Source of the DNA: Botryllus schlosseri
Lineage: Eukaryota
NCBI GenBank assembly: GCA_051294905.1
Contig: CM119384.1
Span: 20,088,001 to 20,152,000, forward strand
Direction of reading: 5' to 3'
DNA: 64,000 bases
The position numbers and the translations under genes were made by a program. The notes under the pieces were generated by a model that made no database searches, was not told the DNA's origin, and worked only from the letters and a program-made list of their open reading frames with translations. Below, piece after piece: positions 51,921 through 64,000 of this stretch. Position 1 is the first letter of the stretch. The number at the start of each line of letters is the position of its first letter.

Positions 51921-53511
51921 TTATTCATTTGCCGGTTCCGATGTAGCAACCTTAACCTTATCTGCGAGATATCCCATGATATGACTTGCAGCTTCGTATG
52001 CCGTTACTCTCGGCAAAGATCGGAGAGTCTCCGCTACCTGTTTCCCCAAATGGGAAAATTCATTTTGCTCGTCATGGGCAGTGTGTAGTGCTGCAGTCAC
52101 CCCAGCAACATTCTCCATATTTTTGTGCAACATAGTGGTGATTCTGTCCTGAAAAGAAAAAGATTTAAGTTGATCTGTATTGTATATCAAGAAAAAGCAA
52201 TCCTGCCCATACTTGAAATTCACTGCGATCCGAGCGCTTCCGTTTTCTATTGGAAGATGAATGCTGCTGGGGAGAAGTGATACTTGACAGCGGAGTGTTG
52301 CACGGCTGTTCACTTCCACTTTCTGGCACTAAATCTATCAGATCATCACCTGCAAATGAACAACAAGCATATAAAATTGATTCTTCTCTATGGAATAGAT
52401 CAATTTATGTATATTAGGGCTGTTATGCTGTCGTGGAACATCATGTCTGGCCATGGTAAAGTGAGGAAAAATTAGCCACCATAGGTTTACTGATAAAACT
52501 GGTCACCGTACATCAGAGGTCACCAACACGCGGCCCGCAGTTACTATGCCCTCACCTATGTTAGAGAGCACAGTGTTATACCGAGGGAATTTGAAAAGTA
52601 GATGCTATTCATTTCAAGGAAATGAAACTTCAATATGAGATTGGATAGCAAGACTACAAAATCCAGAAAAAGATTTTTTTTCAACAATCCAAGATGTAAA
52701 AACATACCGTCGTCTAGTGGAATTGGAATTTCATTGCTGTTTGAGAGATCAGTATTTACTTGAAGGTTTCCAACAGTTCGAAGGTTTCCGACAGTTCTGC
52801 AAAATGAAAATTATGGGAGCTGTATTGCAATACTAAATATAACTCACACTTTGTGCTTAAGATAGTCCAATAAGAAGGTCATATTCTGATAAAGCTCCCA
52901 TCTAGATGAGGTCGATGCACTTGATCCGCTCACACAGGAATCCTTGATTTTGTTTTTCTCTTTTGTGAGACGATCTCTCAAACTTCTCCATCTTTTCTGG
53001 CATGTCTCAACTAGAACAGTGTGGTTGTTATTATGTGTAGCCGCCACAGCAACCATCTCAATATCATTTTAAATATTTGATGTTGTACTCCGTAACAGTA
53101 TCTGATAGCCTATGCGATATTTTTACATAAAAAAAATAAGATTTGTCACATATTGCAATCCATAAATGACGGATTGACACCTGTTAGGGGTCTATTAGGA
53201 AGTGTCTATTTGTCAGGAACCGCACGGATAATTTCTCGGTCTCGTAAAGGCTATTCGTCTGGCACTCACAGTTGTGACGGACCCAACGACATGCATCAAT
53301 CCATAGTCAAGGGGAACACGGTTCAGCACAGTATTACACAATATTTTTCCTTACCTTCAACACCCAAATATTGACTGATACTCTTCCACACATTTTCTTT
53401 CAGTTTCACGTCTTTATATGAAGAGAGACTCATATTGTATAGACAAGGGTTATCTTGCACTTGCTGAATAAGCAGCTCATTGAAACACAATCCTTCAGTT
53501 TGTGATTGCAT
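51921..53511 (-). CDS. Harbinger MADF (Myb/SANT-like) DNA-binding protein, 257 aa: complement(join(51921..52148, 52213..52349, 52708..52796, 52848..53010, 53355..53511))
   Basis: Four GT-AG introns with consistent phases (1,2,1,0) give an open frame. MADF domain LIQQVQDNPCLYNMSLSSYKDVKLKENVWKSISQYLGVE|VETCQKRWRSLRD...WELYQNMTFL, NLS-like RKRKR, and a C-terminal BESS-like helix EFSHLGKQVAETLRSLP. Confidence 0.88.
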
Positions 53512-55570
53512 AATTTTAGTCACTGTTCACTAAGTCCGTAGCAAATTGTATGTTACTGAAAAGTGAAATACCATACAAAAATCATTCCTGTGCTGCACAG
53601 TGCACAAGTTCCATGCCTCAGAAAACATCCCTCTCTGTGCACAATGCTGCACAGTGCACATGCTCCATGCCGTATCGCAACAGCACTCAATCGCAGACCT
53701 CAGATGCCACCAAATTGAACTATTATAACTTTTAAATATCAAGACAAGTACAAACCAACCAAATAAAACTAGAATCCATGTATAAATGGCCCGACACCGC
53801 GCGAAAGCTCACCCAAAATGTGGACCAATACGAAAGCGGCGGCCGGAAAAGTTAAAATAATTTCAACTCTGCCGTTTGCCGCTCCGGGCGAAAGAATCGC
53901 CGCTAGGCGTCGTACGCGCAGCCATGTGTGAATTACCAACGCTTGGCGCTGAACGCAGAATCGCGTCGCTGGCCGGTAGCCGCGTCCTGTGTGTAGGACC
54001 CTTTAATCATCGTCCTCGAAACACGCAGAGGATTAGGAACAGAGGTATCTATATATCCTTGTGCAAACTCTCAATTAATACCGATGGAAGCACGCCTACA
54101 GATATGATTAGAAATCAATAACGCGGTAAGTCATAATTTATTGATCATCAAGTAATTCAGGTCCCATATAAAAAATTCCGGTCGGGATAATAAGTGATTT
54201 CTTCAGAAACGACAATTAGGCATGCGTATGGTTTGCGTATGACGTATGTTCTGGTCTGCAAAGTGATATAATATGCCGATCTGTCGTCTCACAGCCATTG
54301 CCGTTCGGACGATATAAATTTAAGGTCGAATATATCGACAGTAATCGAAGTAAATCCTAACTGATTCGGCCTGTAAATATTCTTTATTTTTTTCAATGTG
54401 TTTGGCATTAATTCCAAGTAAAATGATTTATACAACAAAACTGTGGTTAAGCAAAAAAATTGCATGTGCTGGAATACCGTCCACTCTTTTAATACAGGTA
54501 AGGCCTTAACTTTTGCATTATTATCAAGATATCGTATTCGCTATTGGCATTCCTTCAATCGCTGCATACCGATGTTTCCCTGCAATTCTTATTCTTGTCA
54601 CATAATTTTGTTGTGTTAAGATATCGAGTTACCGTGTTATGTAATCTGTATGATAGGATCCTTCACACCGAGCCAGTTTAAAGAAATGATTTTTCTTTTT
54701 TATTGTGTACAAGCTTTCGGAACTAGGTGCGCTCCTTCATCGGGTGATTAAAATGAAAATATGTCGCGCCATACCATGGTTTAGAAATAGCTTATGAAGT
54801 ACAGTAGGTATATTTTTACGTTCTAGTGACACATCAATAAAACTAAAAATATAGTTACAAATCTGTTGCAGCCACTGATATAATGATTACGAGTAAGATT
54901 ATTGAGACGAGGATATGAGAGAAATTTGTAGCCACTCGATATCAGATACGCAAATCTGAGTGGTCTAACCTGTTATGTTGCGCCCGACCCAAATGATCAC
55001 CATCCTCGCCCATACAAAGACTCACCCGCGTTGTAATCCCTGTATTCGGGAGAAAGGCGATAACTCCCGTCACCATCAGAAAATCCACAGTCGCGTGTTA
55101 CAGTCGCACGGCCAAGCGTCACGCCATCTGTATCCCTACGCGCGGGCTTTTATGTTTTCAAATGCGCTTTGGTAGACGGATGGGGTAGGCAGCGGGTCGT
55201 CTGCGGACAAAAATAGCACCGTTGCGAATGTCCCACGATTCCGCACCGTGTTATTTGCCGCACGTTGCTATTCACCGTTGTCCGTACGCGGGGTGTTCGC
55301 GGAAAGGCGAGAAGCTCCGCACGGAATTTACTCTGAACGGATTACGGAAACGCGGTATTATTGGTAGCCTACTTCCTGCGCGATTGAATATCTTTGTGTT
55401 CTTTCGGCGTGGTAGATTTACCCTGCGAAATGATACGTTACTGGAGTCATTAAATCTTATTTCATAAACGCGCGGAGGTTATGTTTAAATGTCGCGCCAG
55501 TGCATGTGTTATGGAGTGTTGTTGTACCACGCTTCTTTTTGCAATAGCATCGCCGCTCCAGCACGCTGTC

Positions 55571-55610
55571 TAGGGTTGTTCAAAAATATTTTTTCAAATC
55601 TTTCTAGTTT
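55571..55610. mobile_element. Orphan TAGGGTTGTTCAAAAAT terminus
   Basis: Same terminal motif as the 28338 and 37414 elements. No partner end identified. Confidence 0.45.
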
Positions 55611-55662
55611 CCCAATGAACTTGGTACATCTGCAGATGACATTTGGATCAATTTGTTTAATA

Positions 55663-56168
55663 CAGGGGTAGTCCATCTTTTTGCCATTCATGGCCGCATG
55701 CCAGGGCATAAGCTAGTCGAAATGACTGAGCTGGACGCCCAATATCCATGGTAAATTGTCTGTGTCCATTGTCCATTTCCGGGGAACTCCGGACTAATCT
55801 ATTTCATGATATAGGCTTACTATACGCACCAAAATCCCAAGCGGTCACTGGCCTGGAAAAGTTGAGGGATTGCATATAGTACATTTTTTCAGATTCACTT
55901 ATTAATTCCCTCATTAATATTAGTACTTTTACAGATTACTATTAAATATTTATCCTTTCTCAGCCCATGTGATCAGATTCACTGGTAGAGTTGATGTTGA
56001 TATTTTCGAAAATTTAGGGCATGTTATAAATAATGATGCATTTTTGGGTGGGCCAATTGTTTATAGTCACTTTGTTGCATGCTGTTATTCCTTGACATCA
56101 ATTTGAATTGAATTACGTGTCCACGGCCGTACAAATTTCCTTCTACGGCCGCAGGTTGGCCACCCCTG
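55663..56168. mobile_element. Charlie/Buster-type hAT MITE
   Basis: CAGGGGTAGTCC... and ...GGTTGGCCACCCCTG. TSD GTTTAATA/GTCTAATA (7/8). Confidence 0.75.
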
Positions 56169-58619
56169 GTCTAATAGATCCAAAATTTTATCCTTATTCA
56201 ACTTCTCTCCTGTTACGCCTGGAAGAATACTTGTATAGTTGGAAGGAAAAGTGCCATCTTAGGATGCATATAGTCGAACCATACATGCATGGTTCGAAAT
56301 TTAGAGTCTTCGACTTCGAGGTAAAGGGAATGAACTATTGCAATGGCTGACGCGATGAAAGCAAGAAATCAACCAGCTTTTTTAAATTTAGAGTTCTAGA
56401 TATATCAGTGTAGCTGTGTTTAGTGTGTTACATTCGTAATCGATTCGAGCGCATAAAAGCCAGCCGTTAATCATTTGAACCTTGAATAGTATGTGCAAAA
56501 TGCAGCATCATTACGTCGCTTACAATAGTTATTATAATTCGTATACTGCAATTCAACTCTCGTCACGTGAGTTTTGAATTCTCCGCCCCTGGCCCGGGGC
56601 TTGTTCTTTTGAACCTCGTCGCCGGGGGTGGACACGCGATGATTTCACACTAAACATGATGGATCGGCTCGCATCGAATCCGCGAAAATCCAATTAATCT
56701 CCAAAACGAAACAGGGAAGCGATGTGCGATAGTGTGTTATCTCTGTTCGGTGTTTTCTGAAAAACTTTCAAGGGCCTGTTTTCGCAAGGAATTAATTCAC
56801 TTCGTGAGAAACAATAACAATTGGCGTGGAGTGGCGAGCGTTTAACCCTACTCGATGGGGTCCATTACGATTTCATATTGGGATTATCCTTAAGTGAAGT
56901 GTTGTACTGCGTTTGATTTTATTTAGCGTTTATGGTACGGCCGTGACAGGCTTGATGGAGATATATGTTCCTTCTAGGTGGAATATGTGTGTGATTGGCG
57001 TGGCGGGACTGTTTTGTTATTACCGTAAACTTCGGTCTTTACGAAATTCATCGAATGTGGTCGCGTATGTGCCAGCGATGTGTGGACAGACGTGGACAAT
57101 GTAGTTAACGTTGCTTTTCTGGTAGAAGTAGATGGTTCTACTCAATTTTAAGTAGAAAAGTATACATTTTTAAGACATGTCAAGTTTAAGTTGAAGCTGG
57201 AAATGTGCTCAAGTAGTTACAAAAAATAGGTTTGCTAGTAGGGTTGAATGTGTTTAGCAATTAATTGGAGGTGGCTACTTTCGTAATGAAATGATCTATC
57301 TTCGTGATTATGCGCGAAGTTACTGATGAGACCTCGAATAGGGAGAATGTACGAAAGTACATTCCGTTATCGTGATACAGACGCTATTTCACGCGGTTCT
57401 TGCGACAATTTCCCTAGTAAAACTGATGCAAACTTATACCAAAACTGCTTTATTCGAAGTACGAAAGTAAGTAGTTTTGCGTAAAAGACTTCAGATATAG
57501 ATGTGCATGTGCAAGCATTGCAAAAGCGTAAGCGTTTGAGTAAATAATGCAACTGTAGTCAAAACCTTCTTAACTATAACCCGAAATTGGAAATGCTTCT
57601 TCATCACTGACTTCCCTAAGTGCGTAATAAAGACACTGGTAATACTGCGGACTGTAAGCCACTGCACACATAATAACGTGGGAAATGGTTTTCACTTGGC
57701 TTGAAATAGGACTCCATTGAGATCAGCATTGACTTGAATGAACACTAAACAGTGATATTTTACTGACGAGAAAGTGCGGCTTACACTTGGAGGTATTCCC
57801 CATCATAAGGTCGTTCGATTGTAACATCTCATTACTATAATTAATATTCGCTATATATTTGGCTTGGTCTATGTTTTCCTGTTTTATTTAGTGATCAGTG
57901 AATCAATGAAACGACATTTGCGTTTTAGGTTAGTTTTAGCGTAGCACGATCTTACTCCAATGACATTCGGCGGGTATTTTTTCCTGTCACAATCACGTTA
58001 AAGTTAGTCGCAGGTCCGAGTACATCAAGTTTCAAAACAGAAGATAAACTATCGTTACAGAGTCACCGCTAGCAGGCCACGGCGATCGATGTAACATTCC
58101 ATGTATCGGCAATCCATTTTTTCGTTGACGTCAGAGGCAGTGGGATAATATGTGAGCAACTGAGCGTCCCGTCCAGTCTATTGAGATGTAGTAGCCGGGC
58201 GAAACAGCGCGTGCCAGACCAATAACAACAACAAATGTCATTCGAAAGGTTATTCTGGAAATCACCGGTTACATTCGGTGTATCAATAGATATAATTAAA
58301 AGACACGTCTATATCTGTCTGTCGCGTTGTTAATTACACATGAAAAATCAAACAATGCATTCTGAAGTTTCCAACCACAATCCGCGCGCGTGTCTATTGA
58401 GTAGATCTTTTCTCGTACAGCATGTCAACGATTTTTTCTGCCCGAGATCTCAGTATTGGATTCGTAATGCAATCCAGATTTCGATTTCTCAATTGTTTAC
58501 TCATAACAAACTTCGAAACATTTTAAAGAGTCTTTTAGAGATGCAGAACTGCAATATACACTCCTGATATATTGAAATGTATCTGGATATTTTCGGCTGA
58601 CACTTGTCAGGACTGCGGA

Positions 58620-58718
58620 GTAATCGTCAGCAACTAGGAGAGAATTGAAAAGAACATTGTGACACGATCGTTGATATACAATGTTCTTTTCAATCCTCTC
58701 CTAGTTGCTGACGATTAC
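58620..58718. repeat. 99-bp hairpin: 41-bp stem with one mismatch, 17-nt loop
   Basis: GTAATCGTCAGCAACTAGGAGAGAATTGAAAAGAACATTGT (58620-58660) pairs with ACAATGTTCTTTTCAATCCTCTCCTAGTTGCTGACGATTAC (58678-58718). Confidence 0.95.
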
Positions 58719-61440
58719 GACTGTAAGCCGAAAGCATTCCGGTTAATTTCAATATGAATATATTACCCAATAGAAACTTTTCTTTAATGGGCAAATTGCA
58801 AGTGGCTCGTGGGTCATTTTTTCCTGTCGATACACCAAGGCTTTGAGGGTGTATCGCCAAATCATGAACCCAGGATGATCCGCTACGAGCCCGTGTCGAA
58901 GATTTTGTTTGAAATCCGGTTTCAAACTCGAAGCGGTATGTTGAGTTTTTATATTTGCCGGATAACAAATCGACGGATTTGGGACCGAAACTTCGTCAGC
59001 GGAGTATTCACTGCAAACTAATCCGAGTCATGTAACAAACAAAACGTAATCGACGCGTTTTAGTTGCAATTCCGATGCCTTTCTCGTGTTGACTACAGTA
59101 TTGATCGATCACGCATAGGATTATTATTTCCAAGACCACATCCCCCGTTTCTAACAATCATAACTATTTTCTTTCCTTTCGCCGGTCAAGACCGACCGTT
59201 TTAAAGTGTCAAAACACTGATTCCCGGAATACCACGCTGTCTTCGATACCCGAATATTGCGGTCCAGTCCAATTACTTACCCGATGCGATTTCTCCGTAA
59301 ATAGCTATGCTGTATCGGAAGCAAGGCTGGGGTACGCCGTGACCTCTGTTAAACTCACGTTCCGCGCGCCCAACTGCTTACTGCGGGGTACGCGAGGTCA
59401 AATGCGCGCTTTGAAGTATACCCCGTGTGGTGTGATGTAAATTAATAGGGGAAATGAACTGGAGAGGACCCGCCTAGTGTCGTGTTCGATGTTTGGTATT
59501 GTGAATGTAGATTACATTTCTTGATTGCCACAATCTTCAAGTTGTGTGCTTCGCGATGGCGCGTGTCTGCGCTGTCTTGCTTGCACATAATAAAGGTGTT
59601 TACAGTTTATGCTTTACGTATACTTGGTTTCGGCGAACTCTAGGAAGTCCACCACTTCACTATACAATTGAATAATATATTAATGTTGAAATATGACTGA
59701 ATGTATTCGACTGACACTGGAGATGGGTATTCGTCAGTAAGTAGTAGTGAATTCAAAAGAACAATATACATCAACGATTGTAGCTGGCTTTGCGTAATTG
59801 TTCTTTTGTTTCCAAGTACGTGTAGACCAGTAGCCCGCGTTAAGCTTCATGTTGGTCCGCCAAATATATTAGACTTTTATATCTCAGCTCCAAATTGAAA
59901 AAGTTAGACGCTTGTCCATTAATTATGGAGTTGAAACATCAAATCCCGAATTGAGTGCGCAATTGATAGCGTATTTTTCTGTATGGTGTCTTAATATAGA
60001 GTTATTGACATGAATTGTTCGCCTTTCAGTTTGGTCAAAAAGGTTGGAACCTCTGGTGTAGAAAATGACACCTGATTTCTTGGGATTTCGATCGCAACTG
60101 ACGATAAACGTAATTCAACGCGTCCATTGTCATGTCAAGCTCGCGTCTGCCTTGTTTCTATCTGGTTTCGGTGAAAGTTACGAACACATACACCGTCGAC
60201 CAAGCCGCAACACCAACAAACGGGCGTCCATGCGAAGTCGCATGCGATATCGTATCTGCGATTGTGGGTTTTTTCAATGACCCTTATCCGCCGCTGCCAC
60301 TCGAGAGACACCCCCTTTGAGGATGTTAATACTTGTGGAATATGTTGAATTTTGTCTGTGAGACGCTAGTTCCGAGCGGACATTGACTGATTCGGGTCAC
60401 AGCTATTTCCTTGATCGGGCTTTTCGTAGCGATTTTTGCGTTCGCTATCACGCTTGTGTATAGTCAACTCCCGTTACAATTGTTGCGGAATGTGTTTTTT
60501 CCTATTGACCTTGTCTATGTATTGAACGATAAACTTCCTTAACCGGGCGTTATTCTCCTTGATTTGTTAATATCTGGTAACACACCTTGTGTCGGCTGTA
60601 TCCGGCCGGCCTTGTAATTCGCCACGGTGTATTTTTGTTGTGGTTTCTAATTCTGGCGTTTTGTGCGTCTCTAAACGGTTCGAGTACGGCTGCGCGTGTG
60701 AATCACCGCGCTTGATTTGGTTAATCATCGGCGATGGTGTTTTTATTTTATAATATTACTTATCAACCAATTTTAGATGGAGAATGTAAAAATGTTTGCA
60801 TTTTTGTCGTGAGTAATAGGGATATTTCAGTAGATACCATAAAATAGGGTTTATTCTACTCAATTATAACCGGAGTTTGTAATACGACCGCTGTTTCTTG
60901 TAAACATTTGCTGGAGTGCAACAAGGAAATTTGTTGCTGGAAATGTAATTTGATAAATCGAATGTCAAGGAAATTCGTAAGTTCCGTTGAGTAGCTATCG
61001 AAAATGTTATAATCTCCAAATGCATCCCAATGACAAAAGGGGCCTCCATGATTGTGACGCAGTAGATGTCGACTGCCGATTAAACGACTTCACAGATTAT
61101 TGCATGACGATCTATCAAAAGCTACAGAAATAGAATTCAAGTACATGTACTTAGCTTTGGAAAATATGATACCAGAGAAGAGCGCGCAAGGAAAATCCCT
61201 TGATCGACGAAGTTTCATATTATATCTGCCTGGCTATTTACCTTGAATGAACAGTTTCCGAGTCGAGTCTACGAGTATCACACATTATGGCTACGTGCAC
61301 ATAGGGGAAATCTGAAATATGTGCCTTTATTAAGACCTCAAATAAATATTACCTGTTTAACTTAGCGACGTGTGAATTCGGCACCGGTAATCAAATACAA
61401 TGACTCGAATTCGAGTGCTCAATGGGGCCCACTGCCCATG

Positions 61441-61710
61441 CCGGGTCAGACCAAAGACCTAATCAGTTGAACTGCGGTATCCGTGACTTCTCGGCTTGGC
61501 TCCTAGTATCTCCACAATAGCATGCAGGGGTGGTGCAAGAATTTTAAATCGCTTGAACGCTATTTCTGCACCGTCCTTGTCCACTGTCCAGCGGCATATG
61601 CACAATGCACTCACGGTATTCATGTGTACAGATCGTGTTTATTCATATCATGAATCGGTGCATATGTCGCAGAAACAGCAAAGACAAGAATACATAACGT
61701 CCTATTCCTG
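61441..61710 (+). mobile_element. tRNA-derived SINE, copy 2 (5'-truncated)
   Basis: CCGGGTCAGACCAAAGAC, then GGGGTGGTGCAAGA, CTATTTCTG, TGTCCAGCGGCATATGCACA, GTACAGATCGTGT and AACGTCCTATT in the same order as copy 1. Confidence 0.65.
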
Positions 61711-62582
61711 ATAAAATACTCTGTTTGCGTCAGATTCCGATTAGAAAATAGTAATTTCAACTCAATGCGAACTTGTTACGGTATCGAAATTACTCGCACA
61801 AATCTACTTATGGCTCTGAGATAATGCGCATGCGCACTTTTGCGTTAGTACTGGCCTCCGCTACATTGTGAAGAGTCGGTGACTCACCGTCCATCGGCTG
61901 ATTAATATATTTTGTGGCTTAGGCGGGCGCTTCCGTTTGACATGGGAAGCTAAGTTATCCGCCCTGCGTGTTTTGATCCCTGGCTTTCATCTCAGACACT
62001 GGTACACAAGCCGTGACGTAGTCTTCTCATTAGGCCAGCTGTCATAAATGTATCGATGTGACTCACGAGCCCGTGGTAAGGTGCGAGGTGACATCACTCG
62101 GTTTGTGATATCTTCCTGTTGACATTCGCGATTTTTTTATCGCGATTCTGCTTTCGAAAAAATGAAGTCCATTCATGAGACGATCATTGTTCGTTCGGTA
62201 GCCGGGCTTCGGGAATAGTGCATGACGCAATTCCTGTATCTCAAATCGGCTTACAGTGTCGGCTTATTTGACGCCTATTAGCGAGTTATGCAACAATGGG
62301 CCGGTGAAATCGGAGGTGAATTGTTACTGAGATACGCAATCTTGTTTATTTTGGGTCGGTAGGCCGCGTTCGGGTGATATTACATAGATCGTGTTATGGC
62401 GTCTTTTTAATAATCCTCTGTGATTATCTGCTGTCCGGTCGAATTGCGAAATGAATTCACGCGCGGGGTAGATTAGAACTAAAATTGGAAGCTATCATGA
62501 GATTTACAGTTCGTGCATTGAATTCAAGCTTTCGCGTGCGATTGTATTAGGGCGGTCCGGGGTTAGGTGTGATATGCTAGCG

Positions 62583-63765
62583 CAGGGGTTCTCAACTTCC
62601 GTCGTATAACGGGCCGCATTTTAACACCAAAAGACGCTGCGGGCCGCAGAACATTATCGCCATGTATTTGTGGGCTACTATTAAATTCAGGCTACTGTTA
62701 GCCTATTTACCAGTCTTATACGGGCATTTAGTACATTGTTATGCATTAATGGAGAGCGTACGTAAGTTTGCAGTTTTCTTTTTTGTGTGAGAATATCTAT
62801 CTTCAAGTGGCGCAAGTAAATCCCTTCATGGAGCGTACATTGCATTCGTTGCCAAGTCGGTGTATGCAGTTATGCACCCTTCAATTCCTGCCACCAGAGA
62901 ACCGAGCTCTCTGTTTCAATGTGTGAGCGAGCAAGTATATAATTACGGTAACTTTTTCGTCATAGAGGTCAAAACAATCAACAAACCAAACCAAAGCAAA
63001 CCAATCAACTCTTCTCCTTTCCTTCCTTGGCTGGAGCCCTACACTAATAGTCACAGAAGTCAGATTTGTCAAGTTGATGCTTTTCAATGGTCCCCTTCCC
63101 ACGTTTGCCCCATCAACATTTCCTCTGAAATATGTCCACTCTAATGAAACGCACCTGGATAATTAGCTATGCAATGTGTGTGCAGTCGGTGGATTCGTCC
63201 AATGCAAGGCTGAAGTAGTCTACGTGGCAACGTGTTTCAGAACATGCGATAAAAGATCGACTGAGATCTCAGTTATTCTTTTGCTGACTGTTGAATCAGA
63301 CAACTGTAGCTTCGAAGTTTGTCATCTAAGGTTAGACTTGCTGCTAAGTTCCGGAAACAGCGAATATTCGCACAGTACGTTAAAGTTTTATTGAAGTCAC
63401 ACCTCCTCTATCAGATTCTTGGGTTTAGCTAGCCTATATTCCTAGCAATTTTGAACAATGCGTCTGTCACGTCATCGGCAATTGTAAAAATGCCTCGAAA
63501 TATGGATTGCTGGGCTTGAAACCTAGCTAGCAACGTTTTCTCTACGATCAGGCGATATGTATAACTCCAGAAGAAACTATCGCCCTGTCATTTCAAGCTT
63601 CTACGCTTCGTTACAACAACTGTTCGTCGACAAATGTGACTCATCGGTCTTCCATAATAATACCGTGTCATTAGTTATTGCGTTCACAATGAAAGATGTC
63701 GCGGGCCGCAAAATAATCGTCTGCGGGCCGCATGCGGCCCGCGGGCCGCGGGTTGAGAACCCCTG
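62583..63765 (-). mobile_element. Internally deleted Buster/Charlie hAT element with a transposase remnant
   Basis: TIR CAGGGGTTCTCAAC/GTTGAGAACCCCTG, perfect TSD TGCTAGCG and GCGGGCCGC subterminal arrays. The minus strand at ~63140-63330 reads LQLSDSTVSKRITEISVDL and DYFSLALDESTDCTHIA*LIIQVRF (Buster FSLALDESTD motif) with stops and frameshifts. Confidence 0.9.
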
Positions 63766-64000
63766 TGCTAGCGTATTATTTGCCATAATTGTCCGCAACA
63801 AACAAACCCATTATCTCATCATATCACGATACTGCGCTTGGAATGCGCGATCCACATCGCACACAGTGGAAATAATTTATGTTCCTGCTTTACCCTTGGA
63901 GCGTTATTTTTAGTTCGCTAATTCTCTTTGATTTCGAAGGCTTGTCACTTGTTACGTATCTGCATTGGCGTATAATCTGGCGCGTTTTCTCCTTTGATAT

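Larger units (their letters stand above)
49417..54002. mobile_element. PIF/Harbinger transposon, apparently complete (~4.6 kb, two convergent genes)
   Basis: TIR (A)AGGGTCGTACACACAGGACGCGG at ~49416 and CCGCGTCCTGTGTGTAGGACCCT(T) ending ~54003 (one mismatch). Flanks TAA/TTA, consistent with a TWA target with one substitution or a TA duplication if the ends are AAGGG/CCCTT. Encloses a transposase and a MADF gene. Confidence 0.92.

Noticed and set aside
60777-60808. AG-flanked 32-nt segment with a GTGAGT donor, the size and phase I recall for MICU2/3 exon 3
   Set aside because: It translates as HGECKNVCIFV, unlike the basic RKTSVKKLTKK / RLKRRQLSS-type peptide expected. Probably a coincidence unless RNA-seq supports it.
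1-64000. CRISPR arrays, rRNA/tRNA genes, prokaryotic operons
   Set aside because: The sequence is spliced eukaryotic DNA. The short-motif arrays are transposon subterminal repeats without unique spacers, and the only tRNA-like sequence is a SINE head.

Overview
Eukaryotic animal genomic DNA, most likely an invertebrate chordate such as an ascidian. The taxon is inferred from an unduplicated-looking FGF9/16/20 gene and vertebrate-like intron phases, and is not confirmed. Two host genes lie head-to-head. FGF9/16/20 is on the minus strand, with coding exons at 541-1162 and 74-177 and its last exon off the left edge. A MICU2/3 (EFHA-type mitochondrial calcium uptake) gene is on the plus strand, with exons at 9763-9999 and 28070-28199, an 18-kb intron between them and no further exon recognised in the remaining ~36 kb. 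The same divergent pairing exists in human (FGF20-MICU3, FGF9-MICU2). The MICU introns and upstream region contain many DNA transposons. These include hAT-type MITEs with recoverable 8-bp TSDs, two unrelated hAT-family elements each rebuilt as a giant palindrome of two transposase 3' ends, an apparently intact two-gene PIF/Harbinger transposon (3-exon DDE transposase and 5-exon MADF gene), a long-TIR element with a 7-bp TSD, two tRNA-derived SINE copies and a 41-bp-stem hairpin. No rRNA, tRNA gene or CRISPR array was seen. Most ORFs in the supplied track are spurious. All alignments were done by eye, and family assignments rest on remembered motifs, not database searches.
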